In this document: positions 53,008-64,000 of the stretch, in pieces
How the letters are laid out: each line of letters opens with the position of its first letter
Position numbering within the stretch: position 1 is the first letter of the stretch
NCBI RefSeq assembly: GCF_036321535.1
Contig: NC_087437.1
Coordinates: 117,554,001-117,618,000 of the forward strand
Length of the DNA stretch: 64,000 bases
Source of the DNA: Camelus dromedarius
Lineage: Eukaryota
Direction: 5' to 3'
The notes under the pieces: generated by a model
Databases searched by the model: none
Seen by the model: only the letters and a program-made list of their open reading frames with translations
Told to the model about the DNA's origin: nothing
Position numbers and translations under genes: made by a program

Positions 53008-54071
53008 TGAAGGACAGGGGACTCTGCTGTCCCAAAATGTGCCACTTTGACTCGTTGATGAAAATAATCAGTAAACAGTCAATAAGTCTTATTATTATTT
53101 GAGCCAAACTGAGGACTATCCTGGAATCCGCTGCCCAGTGACTCTGAAAAACTGCTCCAAAGAAGCAGGGTTTCCAGCAGGGTTTTCTGTCTTGTCAGAA
53201 CAAAGACCATTAAACACGTCAGGGGTACATTTCATCAAGATTTCAAAAAAAAAAAAAAAACAAAAAAAACCACAGATCCACATGTACACACACATAGGCC
53301 ACGTGGCCTCGGCACCTGGGAAGGGGTCTTGTCATCAAAGGAGGGCCAGCTTGGCGTCCTGGGAAGAGGGGCGCTTCATCTTTACTTTTAACATGGACGT
53401 TCTTTACTTCTGGTCAATGTGCCCTTTTCTTTAGTAATTAAAACAGAGGTACGGGGTATGTTTGATAGGTTACAAACAGGCTGTTTTAGTCACCATCAGA
53501 TTCAAGTGAACTCATGTATAAGCCCGAATGCCTTCCCTGTTTCTCAGAATGTGAACATATCGAGCAGATAGAAGGAAAGTTCCCCGCCCGACCCCATTTG
53601 CCTAAAAGCAAGATATAAATCTGTAAAGGTGCCCCCGCCCCTTCCCTTGCTATGAGGAAGGACAGAAGTTAATCCTTGGAGACAACGCTGGACCTTTATC
53701 AGCCCAGTGGTGGCCCCAGAGCAATCTACAAGACACACCTTACTAGGTAGCACTTACCTCCCGTCTGTTCCCCGATACGTGCACCGTCCCAGAATTTGCC
53801 TTCCCTAGAAGCTCAGAGTCCTTTCCCTATGTCTTATCACTTGTCCAAAAATGTGTCATTCTTCTGTTAAGACGCTATACATGCCTGAGCTCCAACCCCC
53901 TTGAGTTATTCATCACTGGGTACTCTCTTGTGTAGATAAGCTGCACGTATCAATAAACTTCTGTTTATTTTTTACTTGCTAATCTGTCTCTGGTCAGTCT
54001 AACTTACACGGTTCTAACCAATAAACCTAAGATGGTAGAGGAGAAAAAAGTTAAGTTTTTCCTCCCCTCCA
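53008..54071 (+). mobile_element. ERV1 solo LTR (MER34/MER39-like), split by a nested LTR
   Basis: 5' tgaagg...cccaaaatgtgccactttg; 3' aataaacttctgtt...taatctgtct...aacctaagatggtagagg...ttcctcccctcca; near-TSD gcac/ggac. Confidence 0.7.
53053..53546 (-). mobile_element. ERV1 solo LTR nested in opposite orientation
   Basis: (c)gttgatgaaaa...tattatttgagccaaactgaggact...ctctgaaaaactgctccaaaga...tttctca; near-TSD gact/gaat. Confidence 0.65.
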
Positions 54072-54157
54072 GGACATATCTAAAACATTATGAACAAGTT
54101 CAGAAGTATGGCTGTTTATTTAACAAGCCCCATGGGCTGGCGCTAGGCATATAATGG

Positions 54158-54676
54158 TATGGATAAAAAATGTTGCCTGTGTGTCAGCAGACAAAGGATG
54201 CTGTGCTCGTCAAACCATCAGCCATTACCACTGCCTCCGGTGGTGAGTCCGAGGGAACTCAGGATGGAGACAAACAGGCTGCCTGCTGCCAAGCCCTCAG
54301 CCTCTTCAGCCACCCACAACGGTGCACCCAGAGGGGACCCATGATGGGAAAGAACGGGACGCTGGCCCTGGACAGCTAAGGTGCACATCAGAGGAATGAT
54401 TTCAATGAGCCCAGACTCTTGCATCTTCCTATACACAGACAAGTATTGCATTCATTAATCTGAGACGTCTGGTTTTCTCCAATTAACAGTAATCTTTTGA
54501 TGTTTCAACTACCTGGTCTTTGTTGCAGAAAACGTCTATATATCCTGGCTCCTCCCCTACCTCTTCTGAGCAGTTCCTCACAGCTGTCTGAAAGGCTGGC
54601 TAGAAGTCCTCTGAAAGTCCACCAAATAAAACATAACTCTCAGCTTTCAGGTTGTGCATTTTTTTCTCAGTTGACA
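54158..54676 (+). mobile_element. ERV1 solo LTR
   Basis: ctatatatcc TATA-like motif, gagcagttcctcacagctgtctga, aataaaacataactctca...ttgtgcattttttt...gttgaca 3' end; near-TSD atgg/gtgg. Confidence 0.75.
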
Positions 54677-56004
54677 GTGGTGAAAAAACAAATCCTTTCA
54701 AAGACGGACTCGTTCTTCTTCCCATTGGCAAATTCTTGCTCTTTGATGGTGGATTTGAATTTTTGAAATTGTCTGAAATCTTTCAGAGTTGAGAATAGTG
54801 AATAAAGGAGATTTGCCCTAGGCCTTCTCTGCAAGCTACAAACAGGGTATAAAAAAAAATTTAAGCTGTGTTTCTTGAGTTGCTTATAAACAAGTTCGGA
54901 AAGCCATTCCAACATGGTTTTGCATATTTTAGCATCACTGATACAGCTTCTGGAGACTTAAAATGACTACTTTGAGAGGGTCAAACTTATGTTCATATAA
55001 AAATTCTGTCAAAGTCTCATTATCTGCTATTCAAACCTTGTTTGGAAATGTGTTTAAGCACCTTGTGAAGAGGCAATTACTCCGACTCCATTAGGAAAGA
55101 CTCGAATATTCAGAAGACTGGGGAAAAAGAAGAACATTCAACATCTTTCTTGTGAATGGCCCCTCAAAGTATTCCTATTGCTTTAAATCACGGTGTTGCT
55201 TTTTTTCTGCCTCTGTCTAGAAAACTTCCAGGCATTTTAGATTAGATTTTCTGTGCTTCCAACACAAGCGTATCATTGGGGAGCTAAATTACATTTAGAA
55301 GCTACATTTTTATTTTGATGATAGATTGTTGATTGACTTTGCACTCAATTTAATAGAGTGATCATCTTGCTCCCGAGGGTCTGTGACACCCTCAGTGTCC
55401 TAGGCCATGAGCCAGAATCAAGATCCTGTGTAAGAAAGCCATCAAGCTCTTTAAAGGAGAAAAGGAAGAGAATAGATTCTCTGCTGCACACCCTCCAGCC
55501 CCACCAGCTGTTTTGAACTCACTTTCATTAGGTCTGCAGAATTAATAAATTATCTTTTCCGAAATAGCAATACCAGTTTACACAAATGGATGTGTCCTGA
55601 ATGGACCAAATAGGTGTGTGTTTGTTTTGCAATAAGAAAGGCATGGACTTCCAAGGTTATAGTTTTAATGTTAGACGTTTAGTTCCATTTTTCTTTTCAA
55701 AATATGCACACACCCTCAGATACACAACAAATTGCAGTGAAAACTTTCAGAACATCTAATTTAATTCTGCAGTGCTGGGATAGGACTGCGATAGACACAA
55801 TTCTACAGGGCCTCATCATTTACAGGGCCCATTTTGTGTTTTAGTTTATTCAGTTTCCAAAACTACCACTGGAGGTGAGATGAGAGAGCGATGGAGCCAG
55901 GAGCAAGTCGTCTGGCCCTGTTCCTCCACCCTCTTCTTTGTAAGAGTGTTTCCCAAACTTGAGTATTACACAGGCCCCTTTGAAATTAAGGATTTCTATG
56001 TTGC

Positions 56005-56240
56005 AGCCTCTAGCTGAACTCCTTCCTCTCTGGGAAAGCTTAGTCTTTGTTCTGAAGGCCTTCAACTGATTGGATGAGGCCCACCTGCATTACGGAGGGT
56101 AATCTGCTTTACTCAAAGTCTACTAACTTATTCTTATTCCTATCTACAAAATACCTTCATGGCAACATCGATGTTAGTGTTTGACTACCCAGCTGGGCAT
56201 TCTGGCCTAGCCAAGTTGACATATAGTGTTAATCATTACA
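56005..56240 (-). mobile_element. ERVL LTR fragment (MLT2-like)
   Basis: ggccttcaactgattggatgaggcccacc...aatctgctttactcaaagtctac...gcctagccaagttgacata...ttaatcattaca. Confidence 0.85.
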
Positions 56241-58534
56241 CCCCTCCCTGCATGACTTGGCTCCAGAGGACAGACCAGCTTGGGCCCCTTCTCAGGACAC
56301 CCATTGATCCTTAACTGTCAGGCATCCTTTTCTGTGATCCTTCACCCCAGCCTGGGGACAATTAAAAATTCTCCCATGGGGCAGGGAAAACTGGCTCTCA
56401 CTTTATCCTATGTTGTTCCAACTCTGTTGCTTATGGTATAAAATGTCTTTCCCTGGGTCCTTCAGGATTGTGGCTTCTGTGACTCAAATGGCTTTTCTTA
56501 TAAGATGTGGTTTCTCCAGTGAGTAGCAAAGGTTATTTTTGCACTCAGAAACTGAGAGTTGATGCCCTGGTTCTGCTGTGTCATTGCAGAAGGAAGGATC
56601 ACACAGGGGAGGATCTCATGATGTCCAAGCTGCCTCCTGACCCAGGAAGCAGCAGAGGGAACAGGAAGAGTCCCTGGGAGTGAGGACACCAGTCCATCAC
56701 ATCAGCGGCTGCATTCCTAGGACATAATTATGTGCATCTGGACCAGAACCTCCTCTGTGGCCGCTTCTTCACCTTATTCATCTGCATTAACCACCGCTGG
56801 ATTTCACTGAAAAGAAGTTGAATGGAACATTGGGAAGCTTCCAGGTTTTCCTCACCCCTGATTGACTGAGACAGGCTAGGGGGTACAGCAAGTATGCATT
56901 TCTTTAAATAAGAACTCGAATTTCTTCCCATCTCTGGTTGGCACTGTTCTCTAAGGTGGCTGAATATTTTTACAACCACTGAGGCCAAAGGCTTAATGAA
57001 TTGTCACTCCTCTCTTCATAAAGCCCTTGCTGATGGTAAGATTATAAAGCCAAAATCCATTTATTTTTGTCATTCAGATCAATTATTATAATTATGTTTT
57101 GAAAAATAAGACTTTCGAAGCACTGATATTGAATGAAGATTTAACTGCCTCACTCAGACTTAGTCCTCTGTGTCCTTGAACGAGTTTCTAATTTGTCTCA
57201 GGAAAGCTGGCTCTGTGAAATACAGCCTATCTTTAATTGCTGAGGAAGATCTGCATAAATCTAAGGCTCTATTTCTTTCTTCAGAGACATACCATCTTAC
57301 AGAACCAGCGCAGAGGAGGCTCTCAGTATTATACGTTGAATGAAGGAACACACATTAATAATACAGAAGCTCACATAAAACGTAAAACAGTCAGCGAGCC
57401 CCAGGGGAGACACAAACCCGTGTGGCTTAAATCATTGGTATTGTTGGCACAGATTTTACCATCTCCATTTTCTGATCTTGAGGGAATTTAATCAATGAGT
57501 AAATTGTCAGAATCTCTAGAGTGAAGCAGAGAGGAATTCACTGGAGGCTTCCAGAACTAAAGAGAAGGCTGGAGAACCTGACTCAGAAAAGGAGCAGAGA
57601 ACAAAGTGGACTCAGCGGCAGGGCTGGAGCCAAGGGTCCTGCAGGCTGGTCATTGTTGCTGGCACTCTGCCCCCCCCCCCCCGGGACACCAAACGCCAAT
57701 GCTGACACACCCTGGGGCCGGAGGCCACCGTGTACCTGCCTCCGTGTGGCGGTCACTGTGAGTGATTTTCTCCATCTTCCCGGCATCTTTGGGTCACCCT
57801 CCCAGATGCGGAGGCTGGGGCAGGAGCTTCTTGTTGGCTGAATGGCAGTCACAAGCCTACTCAGAAGCCACCAGGGCGGCACGCCTGGCCTTGCCATCCA
57901 TCAAGATTCACACAATTTGAGGACTCCCCTGTGTTCAGAATCCCGGGAAGCCAAACTCCCAGTGGCGCTCAATGATAGGTTGCAACTGAGCCATGAGCAA
58001 GTGGAGTTTCACAGAAATGAAAGCAGCACAACGCCGAGGGGAACACATTCTGTTCCTAAGGAGCCGCTTAGCACCTGAGGCGGGCCTGTAATAAACACTC
58101 AGCAAATATTGTCTCCTGCTGTTGCTTTATTATCTCATTGTTATCAGTAGGGCATTGTCCAGGTTCTTAAAAATGGTGGCTAGTCCATGGGCTGGCCCTT
58201 GGTCGAATGGTGAAGCCAGGGAATTTTATCTCCGGCATCCACTGCCCTGCATTGTCGCCACTCTATCCATCTCCCTCTTCCCGCCCCCACTTTCTTCCCT
58301 GCATTATCTGTTCCTCCTCCCAGTGCTATTGTGTTTTATTTATTCCTGGTGGTCAAGTCCCATTCCTTAAAGTAGTTAAGACTGAGAATGGCTTCCATGC
58401 CAACTCTGCAGAGCTGTTAGTGTTTATACCACGAGCTTGCAAAGGTGTTAGAGTCTGCAAGGCCAAACGAACGAGTCTTCAATGGTGATACTTACTGTTG
58501 CAGGAAAAACGAGCATTCATCGAGGAAGCATCAC

Positions 58535-58670
58535 ATGTTGGCACCGAGCTAATGTTTTGAATGTATTACCTGCTAGGCATCAATGCGTTTAATCCTCAGG
58601 TTTGGGATCATTACTATTATTATTACTACCCTGATTTTCAGATGGGAAAACCAAGGCTCAGAGTTAAGGC
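58535..58670 (-). mobile_element. MIR SINE fragment
   Basis: tttaatcctca...attttcagatgggaaaaccaaggctcagag. Confidence 0.6.
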
Positions 58671-58825
58671 TCAAACACAGTTTAGACTGATCTGCAGCTC
58701 ATCCTGGGGGGTATAGTTCAAACTACCTCACTTTCAGCCTAATTTCTCATACTCCCAGGGCTGATTCTCAGCACTGCTGCACATTCAGTAAAGAAAATAA
58801 CTTGTAGCACGTGGAGGAGTTCAGA

Positions 58826-59226
58826 CTTAGTCAGGGTTCTCTGGAGAAATAGAACCAATTGGATGTATAAATATAAGGAATTGGCTCATATCTTGGGACA
58901 TCCCAAGATCAACAGTAGACAAGCTGGAGTCCCAGGAGAGTTGATGGCATGGTTCTAGTCCAAGTCTGAGTCTGAAGACAGAAGACTGATGCCCCAGCTC
59001 CAGCAGCTCGGCAGAGAGAGAAGTTCCCTCTTACCCAGCCTGTTTATTCTCTTTAACTGATTGGACGAGACCCACCCACACTGGGCAGGCAATCTGTGAT
59101 GCTCAGTCTACGACTCAAATGTCGATCTCATCCCCAAACACACTAGACACACATCCAGAATAACGTTGGAACAAATGTCTTAGGCACTCATGACCCTGTC
59201 AAGTTGACACATAAAATTCACCATCA
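58826..59226 (-). mobile_element. ERVL LTR (MLT2B/C-like)
   Basis: ttagtcagggttctctggagaaatagaaccaat...aaggaattggctca...gtcaagttgacacataaaattcaccatca. Confidence 0.88.
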
Positions 59227-61859
59227 TTTTAATCCTCATTTTCTAAAGTGTTTTGAATTCCTCAAGGTCAAGGGATAATTTTTACTCTTTTTTGGAGTTT
59301 TCTGCTATTTATTAGTATTCAGCACCCAGCTAGTTGAGTTGAATAAATCCACACCAGACTTAGTTCATGCATAGGAGTCACCCCAGTGGCTCTGGCGAGG
59401 AGTCCTGAGCCCAGATGTAGGAGCCGGAAGAGTCTGGCTTCAGCCTTGTGTCTACAAAGAAGCAAGTGATTCTGCGTCTCCAAGTCTCCCTGTTTCCTCT
59501 ATCGAATGGGGGATCTAGTTCCCAGGGTCACGGTGAAGGTTAGGGAGTCGGCAGGTGAAAGTCCCAGGCACACAGTAGGTCCACCACAACTGGGTGCTGT
59601 TACACCTAAGAGAGGAGGAAACTGAAATCAATTTTGCTGGTAATGATCGAAGATGGCAGCATTTTACTTGAGCCCAAGCAGTTTAGGGAGAGGAGCATCC
59701 CCAAGCCTCTGTCCATTCACTGGCTGGGCCAGAGTTTTTCTCACAATCTATTCTGGATGGTTTCACTTTAAAGACACCCAGTATGCCTCCTTTTAAAAGA
59801 TAACTCACTGAAGATATGACCTTTGTATTCCAAAGCAGCTTTGATCTGGGCCAACAAAATATTTGAAATGCTGAGAAAGCCTTTTATATAGAGACATTTA
59901 CTGCTGACTGGCAGAGCCCGGGTAGATGACCTTTTAATTGACAGTGTACGGAGTTCTCAAAAATCAAGTTGAAAGTTAATTTGTTAAATAATGTTCCTTG
60001 AAAGAGTTAGAAGTTGTGATTTCTTTCTTGCTAATAACAACATAGGGCTTTACTTTTTTTTTTTTTTTCCACAAAGTATTTGCTCCCTGTTTTAACATCC
60101 CTCCCTTTCCCCCAAGCATCTCTGAGGCCTTGACATAGAAGTTAATTCTCTGTGGCTCGGGACCTCTGCTGAGATACCGCAGAGAAACAGATTAGTCTCC
60201 GAGACTCACAAAGACTTACAGAGAGTTCCCAAAGAAGCAGGAGGATAAATGCTGGGTCCGATGCTGCAGCTCACTGAAAATCTATAGTGCTACTCAGTCT
60301 TCCCGCTGAGCGCCCCTTGCTGAGTCTGCACGGACGCGATGGTAGATGGTGGCTGTCGGTGGGAACACTTGGCCTCTGCCCTACCAAAGCAAGCACAATG
60401 CTCATTCAGGAGGAGGGGGTCGAAGGGTATTTCATTACTTGAAATAGACATTTCCTTTCTTACGTTACTCGGTCAAGACACCATTTCAACTTGACGCTTC
60501 CCTTTCCCAACTGCCCTTTGAACTGTGGATTCCCCAGGGACCACGGCTCTTGACCTTATTCCCAAGTATCTCTTTTGATGGGGAATTTTCTATTCTTTCA
60601 GTCACCATTATTTACGCAAATATTCAGATTTGTCTTTGTGTGTGTGTGTGTATGTTTGTTTAAATCCAATAGAACGTTTGACTGTGTGGGCTTCTAGAAT
60701 GTTCCTTTTACTGCTGAGTTTGTTACCTACTCCTACTTTCTGGGCATCCTGGTTTGTCTCAAGTACACCAAGGCTATGAGTATAGATGGCCTGGGGTTTG
60801 GCCAGCATCCTGTGTTTGTCCAAAGGCATAAACTCAGAATGTTTACCATACTGGGCCACCTCTAACCTGAAGACATTCCTTTGATAAAGCCCCTACTGCC
60901 TCTCCCAGGGGAGGGTCAGCTTCTCTTCTGTCCTGCATCTCCCTCCCCTGGGGATGACCCACCGAGTCAGGGTACACAACTGCTTTTGGTGCCCTCGTCC
61001 CTCCACCCAAAGCACTCCTGACCCGGGAGGCTATTCCCCAGGGCCCCCCGCCACTGGAAATCATGTACAGTCAACTTCAGACTGAAGGAAATTGCTCCAG
61101 CCCAACGTATTTTTGGCTCAAGCTAGCTGAAAGCCATGAAATGCTGATTTTTTAAAAAATTTTTATTTTTTTTTTGCCAGAAGCACATGGCTGCCTCTTT
61201 AAATTATTTCAGCTAACTTCCGTTGATGGTCTGTGGATAAACAAAAGTGCCAGTTGAACTGAATTTGTGGGGTGATTTCACACAAAAGAGGCATGGCGTG
61301 AGTAGGAGATCTGTACTCCAGAGCGTCTAATTAGGAAACCCTAACAACAGCCTCGGTAAATACCTCCCACGGATCCTGCATCCGAGCTCAATGCATACAT
61401 TACATATTAAAGATTCAGGGCTTTTGTGAGTCATTAAAAACTATGTAACAATCATAATGGCAGGTTCTCAGCTCTCGGGGAAAATGGAAGGCATGATTTG
61501 GGGTTTAAAAGTCATTGGCCTTTGTGTGTGTGTGTGTGTGTGTGACACAAAAATGCTCACTAGGAGACCTTTGCTCCACATGCCTCCTGCCTTGGCCCCC
61601 ACCCTGTATTCTGCGTCTCCCCTACGGGCACCCATGTGGTATTTCATGTCATAGGTCCTCATTATTTTGCTAGCTGTCATGTTGGGGAAATGAACATCCA
61701 CTAAGCTTTTTAAGATTTCGAGCAAACACGTTTTAATATAGAGCTTCTGAACTGAAAATCTTTCCAGACCCACAAGGATTCATGTTGAATAACAGCCTGT
61801 GGGCTTCCGGAAGAGCTGATGGGAAGGTGATTGTGGTCAGACGTGTCCTCGCCTCACCT

Positions 61860-62254
61860 CTCAGTTCCCTCCGTTCTGGAATGGAGTCCAAAATCGAGGT
61901 GTCGGCAGAGCCATGGCACCTTGGAGCCATGACGGCCTCTGAGGGCTCTAGCGGAGGATCCTTCCGCCTCTTCCAGCTTCTGGAGGCTCCATGTGGTCCT
62001 TGGTTTGTGGCCGCATCCCTCTGACCTCTGCCTCTGTGACCACACGACCTTCTCCTCTTCTGTGTAATCGCCCTCTGCTTCCCTCTTCCAAGGACACAGA
62101 CCTTTGGATTTAGGATCCGCCTGGATCATCTCGGATGATCTTACCTTGAGATTCTTACCTTAGTTACACCTACAAAGACCTTTTTCCCAAATAAGGTCAC
62201 ATTCATGGTTCCAAGTGGACACATTTTTGGGGGAACACTAATCAATCCACTACC
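61860..62254 (-). mobile_element. MaLR LTR (MLT1C-like)
   Basis: gtccaaaatcgaggtgtcggcagagcc...cctcttccagcttctgg...caaagacctttttcccaaataaggtcacattca...aatccactac. Confidence 0.85.
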
Positions 62255-62461
62255 TATCTCAAAGCACAGTTCACAACAGAGAAAAGGGCCACTACATTGC
62301 TCTAACTCAACTTCCAGGAGAAATCTGTTAGAAGGTCAAAGCTGGTACCAGCAGGAGCATCACTGTGTTGCCTCCACCTCCTTCCTTGCCTCCAAGATAT
62401 TGTTCTGCAATTCCCAGCCTGATTCCTGGAGGATGACCCTTTGCATAGATCTGTGGCCAGC

Positions 62462-62510
62462 AGTTCCTTGGGGTAATGGTGAGCACTCTGGACTCTGAAT
62501 CCAGCGATCC
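62462..62510 (+). pseudogene. 3'-truncated tRNA-Gln(CTG) tailless retropseudogene
   Basis: AGTTCCTTGGGGTAATGGTGAGCACTCTGGACTCTGAATCCAGCGATCC matches nt 1-49 of mammalian tRNA-Gln-CTG (recalled as GGTTCCATGGTGTAATGGT(T/G)AGCACTCTGGACTCTGAATCCAGCGATCC) with about 3 mismatches. Intact anticodon arm CTGGA-CT-CTG-AA-TCCAG (CTG at 62495-62497); perfect 16-bp flanking direct repeat. Confidence 0.88.
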
Positions 62511-62668
62511 TTTGCATAGATCTGGAATTTTTAGTTTTTGCACCTAAAATTTGGAATCTGGGGATAAATCCTTGAATTAGGCAGTACTACTTGGACAATT
62601 TCTCATATATAAAAAAAGGGGTTTTATGAGTAAAAATCCCAAAGAATTAGCCTCAGATAATGGCATTT

Positions 62669-63032
62669 TATTTTCTTTTATTAAATTTTATTTTGTATTG
62701 AAGTGGAGTTGATTTACTATGTTAGTTTCAGGTGTACAGCAAAGCAATTCAGTTCTACATATACATATACATACACATATATATATTCTTTTCTATTATA
62801 TGTTATTACAAGAAATTGAATATAGTTCTCTGTGCTATGTAGCAGGTCTTTGTTGTTTATGTACTTTATATATAGTGCTGTGTATCTGTTCATTCTAAAC
62901 TCCTAATTTATCCCTCTCCTGCCCTTTCCCCTTTGGCCACCACAGTTTGCTTTCTTTAAAAAAAATGAAAAAATTCTATTTACAAACCAAAACCAGAATC
63001 AGGGACATAGAAAACAAACCATAGAAAATCAA
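62669..63032 (-). mobile_element. L1 3' end with 5' inversion
   Basis: Minus-strand L1 3' end at 62669 to about 62955, plus-strand L1 segment at about 62958-63025, perfect 12-bp TSD ataatggcattt at 62657-62668 and 63033-63044. Confidence 0.82.
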
Positions 63033-63534
63033 ATAATGGCATTTCAGCTCCCTTAAAAATTAATGGGGCCTGATCTCTGTGGTCAGAGGTCACTCCTGTT
63101 GATTCTGGTTGGGGGGACCTGGCAGAGCAGCTCACCCTCCCCCTGTAAGAGGATCAGGGTCAGCGGGAACGAGAGGGTAAGAAGATATGGAGCAGGAAGA
63201 GCAAGGCGAGGCTGGAGAAGCAGAGGGAGAAGTGTGGGGACCACAATATGTCAGAAGGCAGGAAATGAACCCAACTGAGGGGAGAAATGGAAGCGCAGGA
63301 AGAACGGGAGGCTTTGAAACAAAACATTGTGAGGATGCAAACTCTTTCTTAGGATGTGCTACATCCTGGAGCTTTTCCATGCCCTGATGTCAATGCGAAA
63401 GGCAACTAGAAACCATACTAGTCTTCTCTGGATCTGGAATTCCGGCCTTGCGAGTCCTCACTTAGAGCCTGGACTTGGCTCAGAGCCGATCCAATGTAAA
63501 GCCATAAAGATCCAGCATGACCTGAAATCGAGGT

Positions 63535-63700
63535 GTACATTTACTTGTTTTCTTACCACCTTTCTCGTGAGAATGAAGGCTCCATGGGGCCAGAGCTCCT
63601 GTCCATCATGCTCACCCTCGGGAATAAGATACCCAGTTCCTAACCTCGATGTCTGACACGTAGCAGGTGCCCATAAATATGTGATAAATGAAGGAGTGAC
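63535..63700 (+). mobile_element. L2 3' end
   Basis: agaatgaaggctccatggggccagag...tgtctgacacgtagcaggtgcccataaatatgtgataaatgaa. Confidence 0.75.
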
Positions 63701-64000
63701 TGGTGACCTCAAGCTTTGTCTGCCTGTATTTTGTTCAGATTTGAATCTTTGAATTTTCTTTGACTTACTTCCTAGTCCTCGCTAGTGTCTGAGTTTCCCC
63801 CTGTTTGTCCCGCTGGTGGGGGACACACTCTCCCCCTGGGGTTGTGGAGAAGTGTAGCAGGCAGGAGCTCTCCCCCAAATCACGTTACTCCTGGTGCTCA
63901 TGTGTTAGGTGTTCACTTACATGGGTGCCATCTTCCCTCATCACAAACAACCAAATAATAATGTAATACAATAACATCAGTACTATTCTCATGTTTTTAG

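Noticed and set aside
63985..64000. Acceptor-like ...ttctcatgtttttag at the window end
   Set aside because: No downstream sequence is available and such motifs are common by chance.

Overview
This is mammalian genomic DNA, most likely camelid, judging by three copies of a tRNA-Ala(AGC)-derived SINE resembling vic-1 and artiodactyl-type L1 3' ends. The only supportable protein-coding segment is the terminal coding exon of PCP4 (PEP-19, IQ-motif calmodulin regulator) at 28019-28146 (+). It is followed by a 3' UTR and an AATAAA at 28402. About 1-28018 is therefore probably PCP4's last intron and the remainder is downstream intergenic DNA. The rest of the window is interspersed repeats: L1 3' fragments with TSDs, MaLR/ERVL/ERV1 solo LTRs (some nested), hAT DNA transposon fossils, MIR and L2, plus microsatellites and a higher-order CAC/CAT repeat. 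No entry in the ORF track looks like a real gene, and PCP4's reading frame is not among them. The most notable small-scale structures are a TSD-flanked, tailless 3'-truncated tRNA-Gln(CTG) retrocopy with a possible pre-tRNA leader (62454-62510) and a twin-primed 5'-inverted L1 (62669-63032). I found no convincing novel biological system. Repeat subfamily names come from recalled consensus sequences and need RepeatMasker/Dfam confirmation.
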